Origin: an uncultured bacterium
GTDB lineage: Bacteria; Electryoneota; RPQS01
Direction of reading: 5' to 3'
NCBI GenBank assembly: GCA_963735175.1
Contig: CAVTJX010000016.1
Location: 603,968-667,967 of the forward strand
DNA length: 64,000 nucleotides
Positions 18,742-31,401 of the stretch are shown one piece after another. Every line of letters starts with the position of its first letter. Position 1 is the first letter of the stretch. A program made the position numbers and the translations under genes. The notes under the pieces were generated by a model that was not told the DNA's origin, did no database searches, and saw only the letters and a program-made list of their open reading frames with translations.

Positions 18742-20157
18742 TCAGCCCTGACCGAACATCTGCTTGTCTGGCTCGGTCAGCTTGATCGGATCGAGCACGT
18801 CCTTCAATTGCTCTTCGGTGAGCAGCTTCTGCTCGCGAATCAGTTCGACGATGGTCTTGCCGGTCGTGATTGACAGTTTGGCGAGTTCGGCGGCTTTGGC
18901 ATAGCCGATGTAGGGGTTCATGATCGTCGCCATGCCCACGCTGGCTTCAAAGTAGTAGCGGCAACGCTCACGGTCTACGGTAATGCCATCGACACATTTC
19001 TGCGTAAAGACCGTGATCGCGTTGGCGAGAATGTGAATGCCCTGCTGCAAATTGAAATTGACAACCGGCATCATCACGTTCAGGTCAAGCTGGCCGCCCT
19101 GCGCGCTGAACGCCACGGTGGTGTCGAAGCCGATGACCTGGTAACAGACCTGGTTCATCATCTCGGCCATCGAGGGATTGACCTTGCCGGGCATAATCGA
19201 GGAACCCGGCTGTACGGGCGGGAGCATGATTTCAGAGAGTCCGGTGCGCGGGCCGCAGGAAAGTGTGCGGATGTCGTTGACGATGCGGCCCAGTTCAATT
19301 GCGAGCAGCCGCAACGCGCTCGAATAATAGAGCATATCGCCCAGGCTCTGCGTGACCTCAAAAAGATTCTTGGCGGGTTTGAAGGAAACGCCGGTAATCC
19401 GCGAGATTTCCGTGGCCACCATGGCGCGATAGCGCGGATGCGCATTCATGCCCGTGCCGGCGGCGGTGCCGCCCAGGTTGAGTTGGCGCAAGCCGGCTTC
19501 CGCTTCGACGATGCGCGCGCGGCAGCGGCGCAGAATCGACGCCCAGCCGCCGAATTCCTGGCCCAGGCGGATCGGCACGGCGTCCTGCAAGTGCGTGCGC
19601 GCCGACTTGATGACGTCGTCGAAATCCGCCGCTTTCTTATCGAGCGACCCGATGAGCAGATCCAATGCCTTCAAAAGATCCGGATTCTTCAGCGAAACAC
19701 CGATGCGGATCGCCGCCGGGTAGGTGTCGTTCGTCGACTGCGCCATGTTGACGTGGTCGTTCGGATGCACTTTCGTATAATCGCCGCGGACGCCCCCCAT
19801 CAGCTCGATCGCGCGGTTGGCGATCACTTCATTCATATTCATGTTGGTCGACGTGCCGGCGCCGGCCTGATAAGCGTCGACGACAAATTGATCAGACAAC
19901 TTGCCGGAGAGAATTTCATCGGCGGCGGCGATGATCGCGTCGGCGCGCTCAGGACTCAGCACGCCGAGCTCACGATGCACCACCGCGGCGCTGCGCTTAA
20001 TCGTAATGAAAGCGCGGACAAAGACGGGGTGCGGCTTGATGCCGGAGATCGGGAAATTGGCGACGGCCCGCGCGGTCTGCACGCCGTAATAGGCATCGGC
20101 CGGCACGTGGAGTTCACCCAGCGAATCTTTTTCGATGCGGAATTTCTGTTCAGTCAT
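18742..20157 (-). CDS. aspA: Aspartate ammonia-lyase
   Basis: MTEQKFRIEKDSLGELHVPADAYYGVQTARAVANFPISG...FVVDAYQAGAGTSTNMNMNEVIANRA...GSSIMPGKVNP. The YYGVQT and QAGAGTS motifs favour aspartase over class II fumarase. Confidence 0.85.
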   Translation of the reverse strand: MTEQKFRIEKDSLGELHVPADAYYGVQTARAVANFPISGIKPHPVFVRAFITIKRSAAVVHRELGVLSPERADAIIAAADEILSGKLSDQFVVDAYQAGAGTSTNMNMNEVIANRAIELMGGVRGDYTKVHPNDHVNMAQSTNDTYPAAIRIGVSLKNPDLLKALDLLIGSLDKKAADFDDVIKSARTHLQDAVPIRLGQEFGGWASILRRCRARIVEAEAGLRQLNLGGTAAGTGMNAHPRYRAMVATEISRITGVSFKPAKNLFEVTQSLGDMLYYSSALRLLAIELGRIVNDIRTLSCGPRTGLSEIMLPPVQPGSSIMPGKVNPSMAEMMNQVCYQVIGFDTTVAFSAQGGQLDLNVMMPVVNFNLQQGIHILANAITVFTQKCVDGITVDRERCRYYFEASVGMATIMNPYIGYAKAAELAKLSITTGKTIVELIREQKLLTEEQLKDVLDPIKLTEPDKQMFGQG

Positions 20158-20219
20158 GACGGGGCAATGGGGCTTATGGTGGAAAGTAAAGGGCACACGC
20201 GCCCGGGAATTTTTCGGTA

Positions 20220-21221
20220 CTACTCAGCGGCGACGTCCGGAGGCAGCGTGAGGTTGTCGCGCGTACCGCCGGTAAGCTCGAACATGCGCTGCAAGGCACG
20301 TCCCGCCTTCAAACGAACAGCTTCGGGCAGCGTAATCTCGAACTGTAGCTTCTCAAGGGATGCTTCCACGTCGGACAGCGATATCGCCTTCATGAAGCGG
20401 CAGATTTTGCAGGCGCGATAAAACTGCTTCTCGGGCACCTGAATCTGCAGCATGTCGGATAGACCGCACTCGGTAACGGCGAGGAATTCCTTCGCCTTAC
20501 TCTGCTTGGCATAGTCGATCATGCCGCTGGTGGAGAGCGCGGCGTCAGCGAGTTTCAGCACGTCTTCGCGGCACTCGGGGTGGACGAGAATCTTGATGCC
20601 GGGAACCTGCCGCCGCATGCTCGCAATCACTTCCGGCGTGATCTGGTGGTGGACGTAGCAGAAGCCGTCCCAGGCGATGATCGTTTTCTGCGGCAGATGC
20701 AGCGCGACGTGGCGCGCCAGATTCTGGTCGGGAATAAAGAGAATGTGCTGGGAGTCGAGAGCGCGGACCACGCTGATGGCGTTCGACGACGTGCAACAGG
20801 CGTCGGACAGCGCCTTCACGTCGGCTGTGGTGTTGACGTAGGTGACTACTTTCAGGTCCGGATACACCGCTCTGAGTTCGCGGATGCGCTGTTCCACGGC
20901 GGCGGCGGTGGCCGTGTCGGCCAGCGAGCAGCCCGCGGCGAGATTCGGCAGCAGTACGGTTTTTCCGGGATTGACGATCTTCGCCGTCTCGGCCATGAAG
21001 TGCACGCCGCAAAAGACGATCACCGCCGCGTCCTTCACTTCGGCCGCCTGCAAAGAGAGTCCCAGTGAATCGCAGGTGAAATCCGCCACCTCAAAGATTT
21101 CGGGCCGCTGGTAATTATGCGCCAGCAGCACGGCGTTGCGCTCGCGTTTCAGGCGGCGGATATGCTCCAGTTGGGCTTCCATCCGCTCCACGCGCTCGCG
21201 CCCGTAGTAGTCGGGATCCAC
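20220..21221 (-). CDS. nadA: Quinolinate synthase NadA
   Basis: Intact 333-aa ORF: ...LLAHNYQRPEIFEVADFTCDSLGLSLQAAE...CGVHFMAETAKIVNPGKTVLLPNLAAGCSLAD...ILVHPEC... Confidence 0.9.
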   Translation of the reverse strand: MDPDYYGRERVERMEAQLEHIRRLKRERNAVLLAHNYQRPEIFEVADFTCDSLGLSLQAAEVKDAAVIVFCGVHFMAETAKIVNPGKTVLLPNLAAGCSLADTATAAAVEQRIRELRAVYPDLKVVTYVNTTADVKALSDACCTSSNAISVVRALDSQHILFIPDQNLARHVALHLPQKTIIAWDGFCYVHHQITPEVIASMRRQVPGIKILVHPECREDVLKLADAALSTSGMIDYAKQSKAKEFLAVTECGLSDMLQIQVPEKQFYRACKICRFMKAISLSDVEASLEKLQFEITLPEAVRLKAGRALQRMFELTGGTRDNLTLPPDVAAE

Positions 21222-21260
21222 CCGCTGCAGATTGTCGAAACAGGGTTTCAGTCATAGTGG

Positions 21261-21322
21261 GTACGCCGTTCCGGCCTTTCAGGCCGCAGGAGTACGCCGT
21301 TGTGGCCTTTCAGGCCGCAATG
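21261..21322. repeat. Two tandem 31-bp REP-like units, each containing a CGGCC-TTTCA-GGCCG hairpin
   Basis: GTACGCCGTTCCGGCCTTTCAGGCCGCAGGA (21261-21291) and GTACGCCGTTGTGGCCTTTCAGGCCGCAATG (21292-21322), located between the nadA start and the preceding gene's stop. Confidence 0.7.
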
Positions 21323-21329
21323 GCTGGTG

Positions 21330-23517
21330 TTATTGGGAGAAGAAACGCCGCAAATTGCCGCCGGTAATGAGCAGAATTTCGTCGCGCGAAATGCCGGCTT
21401 TCAGCAGTCCCCGCATCACGAGCCGCGCGTGCTCCTCGCGGCGCTCCTGCGGAATGAAACCGAAGCTCAGGTGTACGCGGCGAGCCCGGCCGGCGCTGAT
21501 CGCCGCAATTTGCTCGGGCGACGGCACTTCGTTAACCTCTAATACCAGCAGCGCGTCACTCATCAGCAAGCCCTGCCGCACGGACTCGGGCGCGGCAGCG
21601 AAGTCCCGGAAGGACGCATTGACAATCGCGTGGTCCTTCCATTGTTCGACGTGCGCGGCGGCCCCGAAATCGAACGGCGTCAGCGCGTAGATCCCGGCCT
21701 TTTGCGCGGCGGTGATGGCGGCCGCAGGCGCGGATTTGTCGGCCGCTTCGGCGGCGCCGCTCGCGAGCCGCACAACGGACAAGCCTTCGCGCATGAACGT
21801 CGCCACATCGGCGGGACGGTAGCGCGCCAGATCAGCCTCATCCATCCCCAGCACGACGGCGCCGCGCTGCCGCTTCCAGGCGGTGAATGCGTCCTTGAAA
21901 CCGAGGCTGCTGATATTATTCAGCGCGCACGCCGCGTGCAGCTCTGTCGTGCGCTTGATGGCGTCGGCAAGGTTTGGCGCGTTTTCAGACGGCAGCCAGG
22001 CGGCGGTGATGGCCGGCGGATCCACCACAGTGTCCGTCGGGATCCACCTTGAAGCCAATGAAATTGATCGTCGTCGCCAGGCGGCCCAGCACGCGCGCCG
22101 AGTCGGCGTGTGACGCCAGGCTGCCGCCGTGATTGGCAGCGAAGCGAATGAAATCCTCGGTGCGATTTCCCACCGCCGCCAGCGCCGAATCGGAAACCCA
22201 GCGGGCGTCGTCGTCGAAGTCGTGGTAGAATCGGGAACTCGCCGCGTGACCAGAACGCCATCGTGGGAATGCCCGCGGTCTGGAAACCAAAATAGTCGCT
22301 GGCGCCGTGGCCGTCTTCGCGCGAGAACACAAGCCGGCTCCGCGCCGAGGAATCCAAACCCGCCACATAGTCGCGCCACAGCGGCCCCCAGGTCTCGCCA
22401 CCGTTCATCGCCACCAGTCCGGCGCCCATTCCTTCGCAATCGAGATTGACCATCCCGACCACGTTCGGCAACGGAATGGTGGGGTGCTTGACAAAATAGT
22501 CGGAGCCCAGCAGCCCGCCTTCTTCACCCGTAAAATGAATGATCAGCACGCTGCGGCGCGGCGGGTTCGCGGCAAGGGCGCGAGCCAGTTCCGAGGCAAC
22601 CGCCGACCCGGAGCCGTTGTCGTTCGCTCCGTTATAAACCACGCCGCGAGCGTTCCGGCCGATGTGGTCGTGGTGCCCGCCCACGACGATGATTTCCTTG
22701 CGCAACACGGGATCGGTGCCGTAAATAAATCCCAGCACATTGCGCGGCACGATGTCCTTGCGCTGTCGTAATTTCGTGGAAATCTGCACGCGCTTGCCGG
22801 TTTCCAGGGGAAACGGCGCGACTTTTACTTTTTCAACATAGGTCGCCAGGCTATAGCCCGTGTCGTCGAGCAACGCCTCCAGCATGCGGTCATTCACGTA
22901 CAACAGCGGCAGATCCGGGTCATACAGGTCCGCGAAGATTGCCGCGCCATTGACCAGTGATCCGGACTGATAATACAGTACGGCGGCCGCGCCGCGCTGT
23001 TTCGCCCAGGCGAGTGTCGAGCGGCGGCTGTAATCTTCCACGAAATCATACGGACTTGCGGGCAGGTCGCGAATAATCACCACCGCCTTGCCCTTCACAT
23101 CCACGCTGTCGTAATCGTCGCGCTGTTTATCGGGCCGCACGTAGCCGAATCCGGCAATCACCACGGGTAGGGTCCGCGTGGCGGAACCGCTGTGCGTCAG
23201 CAATGCGAAATCCACGCCCAGCGTAAACGGAATTCTGCCCAGCTCATGATCGAGCAGCGTCAGGCTCGCGTCCTGTTCTTCAGTGATAAGTCCGGGGACG
23301 TCCTGAAAATAGCTGCCGTTGCCGCCGTGGAAAATACGGTAAGCGCTGAGTTTCGTCGCCAGAAAATATTCGGTCATTTGGCCGCCTTCGGTTCCCGGAC
23401 GGCGACCGGCGTATTGATCGGAAGCAAGCGTGTCCAGAATGCCACGCGCGCGAATCACGTCGAAGGCGAAAGTCGGCCGCGCGCAAACCAAGGCCAGCAG
23501 CAGCACAAAGATGTTTT

Positions 23518-23521
<4 letters not shown>
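21330..23521 (-). CDS. Secreted M28-family (PA-domain) aminopeptidase with a ~250-aa C-terminal extension (three or more frame breaks)
   Basis: ORF 21920..23521: signal peptide, then ...[13 protein letters not shown]...[21 protein letters not shown]...[16 protein letters not shown] (M28 zinc-ligand motifs). It continues via ORF 21985..22401 ([21 protein letters not shown]) into ORF 21330..22439, which ends ...[21 protein letters not shown]. Its ATG overlaps the uvrA stop. Confidence 0.7.
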
Positions 23522-26449
<2,928 letters not shown>

Positions 26450-26476
26450 AGCTTTCCATGCGTTCATAATCTTATT

Positions 26477-26505
26477 AGTGTACGGAAACTTTGGCAGATA
26501 ATCAA
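26477..26505 (-). promoter_or_regulatory. Candidate sigma-70 promoter for uvrA
   Basis: The minus strand reads TTGATT-N17-TACACT, with the -10 element about 28 nt upstream of the MELPH ATG. A GGAAAG lies 4 nt before that ATG. Confidence 0.3.
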
Positions 26506-26562
26506 GCCTGCAGCCGGCCACTTGGATAGCCATCCGGCAACGCTTGACCGGGCAAAAAGTGC

Positions 26563-26591
26563 TTGACATTCGCGACAGCCTTGTGTATATT
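26563..26591 (+). promoter_or_regulatory. Near-consensus sigma-70 promoter firing rightwards
   Basis: TTGACA (26563-26568), exactly 17 nt, TATATT (26586-26591). It diverges from uvrA and sits in an AT-rich patch of a GC-rich genome. Confidence 0.6.
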
Positions 26592-26597
26592 GGCCTG

Positions 26598-26712
26598 ACT
26601 TTCCCAAAGTCATCTCAATATCTTCAGAATTGGCGACTTACCGGTATAGTTGATATAGTAAATGCAGTTGGCTCTCGTGCAGCAAGTGAAGCACGCCGAC
26701 CTCCAACTTTTT
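26598..26712 (+). ncRNA. Candidate ~115-nt small RNA or terminated leader (promoter-to-terminator unit)
   Basis: The predicted TSS is about 26598. An AT-rich body is followed by a hairpin with outer stem GTTGG (26667-26671) / CCAAC (26703-26707) and inner stem CGTGC (26676-26680) / GCACG (26691-26695), then TTTTT (26708-26712). No ORF fits. No RNA family recognised. Confidence 0.3.
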
Positions 26713-26963
26713 GAGAATATTATTTCGGATTTTTAGCAGCCCTGACGATCGGCTCGGCGATCTGAAAATCCCTGGCGCCAGCGCCGTTGAAATACCAGCC
26801 GGCGAATACGGTGACTCCCTGATCTTCGGGATTACCGTCCGGGGCTTTTCCGTGCCGGCTTGCCGGGGAGCACCTCTACACTTCATAGGCAGAGAATCAA
26901 CTGGATTCGATTGCCGTATGTTTTCGCGGTTAAGCGTTTAGATTTTTAGCAGAAGAGGCTCTT

Positions 26964-28340
26964 ATGTCCAAGGCGCGCATTCTGGTGGTGGACGATGAAT
27001 TTCATATTCGCGATTGGATCGCGGAAACGCTGCGACGCCGCAACTACATCGTCGAGACCTGCGAGGACGGGCATACCGCGCTCGAGTTGCTGGCGAAGGA
27101 TGAACCCTGGGACATCGTCATCAGCGATTTGCGCATGCCCAAAATGTCGGGCCTCGCGCTGCTGCGCACCGCCAAGGAACGTTATCCGAATCTTGACGTG
27201 CTGATGATGACCGCCTACGGCACGATCACCGACGCCGTGACGGCGATCAAAGACGGCGCGCATGATTTTCTCGAAAAGCCGTTCCCGCAGGAGACGCTGC
27301 TGATCCGCATTCAGAAGATCCTCGAGAACCGCAAACTGCGGAACGAGAACTTCACCCTCAAGCGCGAGCTGGGGGCGAAGACGCAGTTCGACCATATCAT
27401 CGGTTCGGCTCCGTGCATGCTGTCGGTCTTCGAGCAGTTGCAGATGATCGCGCCGTCCAAGGCGACGGTGCTGGTCACCGGCGACAGCGGCACCGGCAAG
27501 GAACTGGTTGCCCGCGAGATTCACATCAACAGCCCGCGGCGCAACGGCCCGTTCATCAAAGTCAATTGCGCGGCCATGCCCGAAACGCTGATGGAATCGG
27601 AATTGTTCGGCCATGAAAAGGGCGCGTTCACCGGCGCGATCAAGACCGTCGAAGGCCGCTTCGCGCTGGCCAACGGCGGCACGCTGCTGCTGGACGAAAT
27701 CAGCGAGATGGGCGTGGGGATGCAGGCGAAACTGCTGCGCGTGCTGCAGGAGCGCGAGTTCGAAAAGATCGGCGGGCGCGAGACGATCAAGATTGACGTG
27801 CGCATCGTTGCCACCACGAACCGCGATCTGAAGAAGGAGATGAAGGAAAAGAATTTCCGCGAAGATCTGTACCACCGCCTGAACGTCTGCCCCATCCATC
27901 TGCCGTGCCTCGCCGACCGCATCGAGGATATTCCGCTGCTGGCCAACCATTTCCTCGCGCGCTACGCGGGCGAATACACGAAGGACATCCGTGGCATTCA
28001 GGAGGCGGCGCTTGAACAGCTCGTCGGTTATTCCTGGCCGGGCAACGTGCGCGAATTGCAGCACAAGATGGAACGGGCGGTAATTATGTGCAGCGAGCAG
28101 TTGATCAGTCCCAAGCATCTTTTCCTCGGCGACTTCGACGCGCCTACCCAGACCACCGCGGTGCCGCTCGTCGATGGCGCGGCCGCGACCCTGCACGATA
28201 TCGAGAAGGCCGCGATCTTCCGCGCGCTGCAGTTCAACGACAACAACCGCACGAAGACCGCCGAAGCCCTGGGCATCTCGATCCGCACATTGCGCAACAA
28301 GCTCCGCGAATACCGCGGCGATGGCCCGTCCGTCGACTGA
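26964..28340 (+). CDS. Sigma-54-dependent response regulator (NtrC/AtoC family: REC, AAA+, Fis-type HTH)
   Basis: Intact 458-aa ORF. REC domain (ILVVDDE...[14 protein letters not shown]), Walker [14 protein letters not shown], the sigma-54 contact loop [15 protein letters not shown], and a C-terminal [26 protein letters not shown]. No histidine kinase gene is adjacent. Confidence 0.95.
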   Translation: MSKARILVVDDEFHIRDWIAETLRRRNYIVETCEDGHTALELLAKDEPWDIVISDLRMPKMSGLALLRTAKERYPNLDVLMMTAYGTITDAVTAIKDGAHDFLEKPFPQETLLIRIQKILENRKLRNENFTLKRELGAKTQFDHIIGSAPCMLSVFEQLQMIAPSKATVLVTGDSGTGKELVAREIHINSPRRNGPFIKVNCAAMPETLMESELFGHEKGAFTGAIKTVEGRFALANGGTLLLDEISEMGVGMQAKLLRVLQEREFEKIGGRETIKIDVRIVATTNRDLKKEMKEKNFREDLYHRLNVCPIHLPCLADRIEDIPLLANHFLARYAGEYTKDIRGIQEAALEQLVGYSWPGNVRELQHKMERAVIMCSEQLISPKHLFLGDFDAPTQTTAVPLVDGAAATLHDIEKAAIFRALQFNDNNRTKTAEALGISIRTLRNKLREYRGDGPSVD

Positions 28341-28407
28341 CGAACGTGCGACGCTGAACCCGATGATTGCCGGAGGTCTTCGGTCTGCGTATAGTGTCCC
28401 GTAATTT

Positions 28408-28480
28408 ACTAGTCGGCACGCTCCTGCGTGCCGGGACCGCGAGACCACGGACACAACCCGCAGGAGCGGGTTGGCTAGTA
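28408..28480 (+). other. Long imperfect hairpin in the 3' UTR of the sigma-54 activator gene
   Basis: TACTAGTCGGCACGCTCCTGCG (28408-28429) pairs with CGCAGGAGCGGGTTGGCTAGTA (28459-28480): 22 positions with one mismatch and three G-U pairs, around a 29-nt loop. Confidence 0.5.
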
Positions 28481-28497
28481 GTGATAGAAACGACCGC

Positions 28498-28530
28498 CGC
28501 GCGGGGTGCCCTCACCCCGCGCGTTTTATT
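28498..28530 (+). terminator. Rho-independent terminator of the sigma-54 activator gene
   Basis: CGCGCGGGGTG-CCCT-CACCCCGCGCG (11-bp stem) followed by TTTTATT. Confidence 0.85.
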
Positions 28531-28812
28531 GGGGTGAAAAAGGTACAAACCGCCGAGTGGCGGGGGGATCGAAAAGTGAGAGCGTCTCACCAATTTTCCG
28601 CCAGTGGCGAGGTGATCTGAAGGGGTTAAGTGCCGGACTTGCGACCTGATCACAAAATGCAGGCTGCGGGTTATTGCCGACCCCATTATCCACTGCGTGT
28701 GAAATTGGGGCAATTTGTAGAAATCGTAGCGCGACCCCTTGTTTGTGACCGAGCATTTGCCGACCTTTTCACATACCCTTTGTTGCCGCCCTCATCACCG
28801 CGAGAGATTTTC

Positions 28813-31276
28813 ATGCGGATCCGGCTACTCGCACTTTTGCTGCTCGTTTGCATCACCGCGGCCTTTGCCGCCGTTCCATCGTCTGTGTTCTTCGTCGAGA
28901 ACCTCGGCCAATGGGATGGCGACTTCCGCTTCCGCGCCGCGATTCAAGGCGGCAGCGCGTTCGTGACGCACACCGGCCTCGTGCTCGACCTCCGAGCAAA
29001 GGATGAAGGCGGAAGGATGAAGGATGAGGGAAGAGGGCAGGGTGAGCATTCATTCCCCCCCGTTGACGGTCCGCGAAGCGAGATCTCGACTCTGTCGGAG
29101 GGGGCAAGGGGGGTGGATCTGTCCGTGGGCATGTGCTACGACTGACGTTTTTAGATGCTAACACGTGTCCGACTCTGCTCGGCGAAGATAAGCTGGCGAG
29201 TTACAGCAATTACTTCCTCGGCAGGGATAGCGGCCGGTGGAAGAGCCGCGTGGGGCATTATCAGCGGGTGCTGTCGCAAGAGGTCTGGCCGGGGATCGAT
29301 GTGGAATACGTGCTGAAGCCCGGGGGTGTAGAGCTGGTTTACAACCTGCAAGCCGGGGTCGATCCGGCGCAGATCCAGCTTCAGATCGAGGGCTTGTCTG
29401 CGCCGTTGACCTTGGACGGCGCTGCCAACCTCGTGCTGCCAACCTCCCTCGGTCCATTGACAGAGCAAGCGCCCACCGCTTTCCAGCAAGGCCGCGAAAT
29501 CCCCTGCCGCTACCGCCTCACCAGCGATTCCACCTACAGCTTCGTCCTTGATGGATACGATCCGCAGCAGGAATTGATGATTGATCCGCTGCTCTACAGC
29601 AGTTATATCGGTGGTGGTAACGATGACTGGATGGACGTGCTGGTCTATGATTCGACCCACCAGAACCTGCTGTTGGGCGGCACCACGGTCTCCAGCAACT
29701 TCCCCACCACCACTGGCGTCTATCAGGAGCACCTTCTCAACTTGAATTACGATCTGTTCATCAGCCGCTTTGACAGCGATGGCCGCAGCCTGATCTTCTC
29801 CACCTATCTGGGCGGATCAAACATGGAAATATATTGCTATGTGCTGCCAAACGATCAAACCATCCTCGGTGCAACCGATACATTTAGTGGGGACTGGCCC
29901 ATAGCGGGGCTGGCCATGGATACCACATACGGTGGTAGTTTTGAAGGTGCCTTCTGGCAATTATCCACAGACGGCACCGAACTTCTCTATAGCAGCTATT
30001 GGGGAGGGTCGGGCGGTGAGTACATCGTAGACCTCCAGCGTGACGGCGAAGGCCATCTGTATCTAACGGGTCGGACCGGATCGGTCGATTTTCGCATCAC
30101 GCCGGACGCCATGTATTCGCAGTTTCAGGGGAATGAACCGGCCTATGTCTCAGTTTTCGATTCCACCGCGACCACGCTCCTTTACTCCACTTTTTTCCCC
30201 AGTTCGGGATCGGTATACGTTGACAACATAGACGTAATTGCGCCGTTCCGCGTCTGGCTGAGTGGCAACACCGAGGTCGGCATTCCGCTCACTCCCAACG
30301 CCCTACAGAGCACGCCCGCTACGGCCTTTCTGGCCTGTCTTGACCTGGCGGCGGGCAGCCTCATCTACAGCTCCTACTTTGGCGGTGGCGGACAAGTTGA
30401 TCTGATGGCGCTGCACGTGGCGGACAGCCAGCGGGTGCTGCTGACCGGCCGCACCACATCGGGGAATTTCCCCGTGACCCCGCACGCTTTCGATACGACC
30501 CGCGGCGGATGGAAGAGCTTTGCCACCTGGCTCTTGCTGCCGGACAGCGTGCTGTATTCAACGCTGCTCGGATCGCCCTCGCTGGTGGGGAGAACGTCGA
30601 TGTCAAAGGCGACCGCAATTAATCCAACCACGGGCAATATCTGGCTGGGGGGCAGGACCGAAAGCCCGGACTTCCCATGTACAGCCGATGCGGTGGATTC
30701 TTCTATACGGATCCGATCGGTCAAGAATACGGCGATGGTTTCGTGGCCTGTTTCTCGCCGGATCTTGACAGTCTGCTCTATGGCAGCTACATCGGTGGCG
30801 GTGACCGGGATATCGTGACCGCATTAGCTTTCGAAAACAGCCAGCGCCTCTGGATCGGTGGCTATACCGCGTCTTGGGACTATCCCGTCACCGCAGGCGC
30901 CTTTCAAGGTGGACTCTGGGGTAACGATGACGGCTGCTACGCCTTGCTGACCTTGCCCGTCCCACCTGATACCGGAGACACCAGCACGACTCACACGTCA
31001 CTCAGCCTTCATCCCTCATCCTTCAACCTTTCCGCCTTTCCCAATCCCTTTAACAGCACAACGGAGATTCGGTATGCGGTGCCGGGTTCCTCGCACGTTT
31101 CACTCAAGGTGTATGATGTGCTGGGGCGGGAGGTGGGTGTGCTCGTGGATGAGGTGAGGACGGCGGGGGAACAGCGGGTGGCGTTTGACGCGCGGGGGCT
31201 CGCGTCGGGGATTTATTTTGTACGGATGCATGCGGGGGATGTGGGGGTGACGCGGAAGGTGTTGCTCGTAAGGTAG
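28813..31276 (+). CDS. Secreted SBBP/beta-propeller-repeat-like protein with a T9SS C-terminal sorting domain (two or three frame breaks)
   Basis: Signal peptide MRIRLLALLLLVCITAAFA. N-terminal FFVENLGQWDGDFRFRA... and ...LRLTFLDANTCPTLLGEDKLASYSNYFLG (ORFs 28630..29145 and 29133..30818). Repeated YSSYIGG/YSTYLGG/YSSYWGG/YSSYFGG motifs. C-terminus [41 protein letters not shown]...GIYFVRMHAGDVGVTRKVLLVR (ORF 30677..31276). Confidence 0.75.
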
Positions 31277-31323
31277 GGGCGCGATTCATCGCGCCTGCGG
31301 GCGGGTCTTAGACCCGCCCCTAC
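31273..31323. repeat. REP element of the GTAGGGGCGGGTC family overlapping the stop codon
   Basis: GTAGGGGCGCGATTCATCGCGCCTGCGGGCGGGTCTTAGACCCGCCCCTAC. The right part is the tight hairpin GGGCGGGTC-TTA-GACCCGCCC. The gene's TAG (31274-31276) lies inside the first GTAGGGG. Confidence 0.7.
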
Positions 31324-31341
31324 CACAGAACGGATTTAAGA

Positions 31342-31380
31342 AAGAAACGCGCGATGGAAAGATTCCATCGCGCGTTTCTT
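31342..31380. terminator. Bidirectional terminator between convergent genes
   Basis: AAGAAACGCGCGATGGA-AAGAT-TCCATCGCGCGTTTCTT, a 17-bp perfect stem with A/T-rich flanks on both strands. Confidence 0.75.
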
Positions 31381-31401
31381 GTGGCCGCCTTGGAGGAAAA
31401 A

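Noticed and set aside
26711-26941. A 76-aa plus-strand ORF (TTG start) in the leader of the sigma-54 activator, considered as a real small protein.
   Set aside because: It has some coding-like third-position GC. However, it has a TTG start with no ribosome-binding site, no recognisable family, and lies in a window full of indels. I kept it only as a note within the leader/sRNA finding.
28414-28428. CGGCACGCTCCTGCG, which resembles a sigma-54 -24/-12 element downstream of the activator gene.
   Set aside because: The GG-to-GC spacing is one nucleotide too short for sigma-54. The sequence also forms the left arm of the 22-bp hairpin.
26946-28454. A 502-aa minus-strand ORF antisense to the sigma-54 activator. 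Similar long antisense ORFs: 19033..20421(+) opposite aspA, 23602..25158(+) opposite uvrA, 35896..37206(+) opposite proS, 42232..43662(+) opposite lpd, 43797..44771(+) opposite trxB, 33198..33950(+) opposite ftsH.
   Set aside because: These are shadow ORFs typical of high-GC DNA. Their translations are Arg/Ala/Gly/His-rich with no recognisable motifs, while the opposite strand encodes unmistakable conserved proteins.
28630-28812. An upstream extension of the first T9SS cargo ORF (start at 28630).
   Set aside because: The extension encodes no signal peptide and overlaps structured intergenic sequence. The ATG at 28813 is followed immediately by a classical signal peptide (MRIRLLALLLLVCITAAFA).
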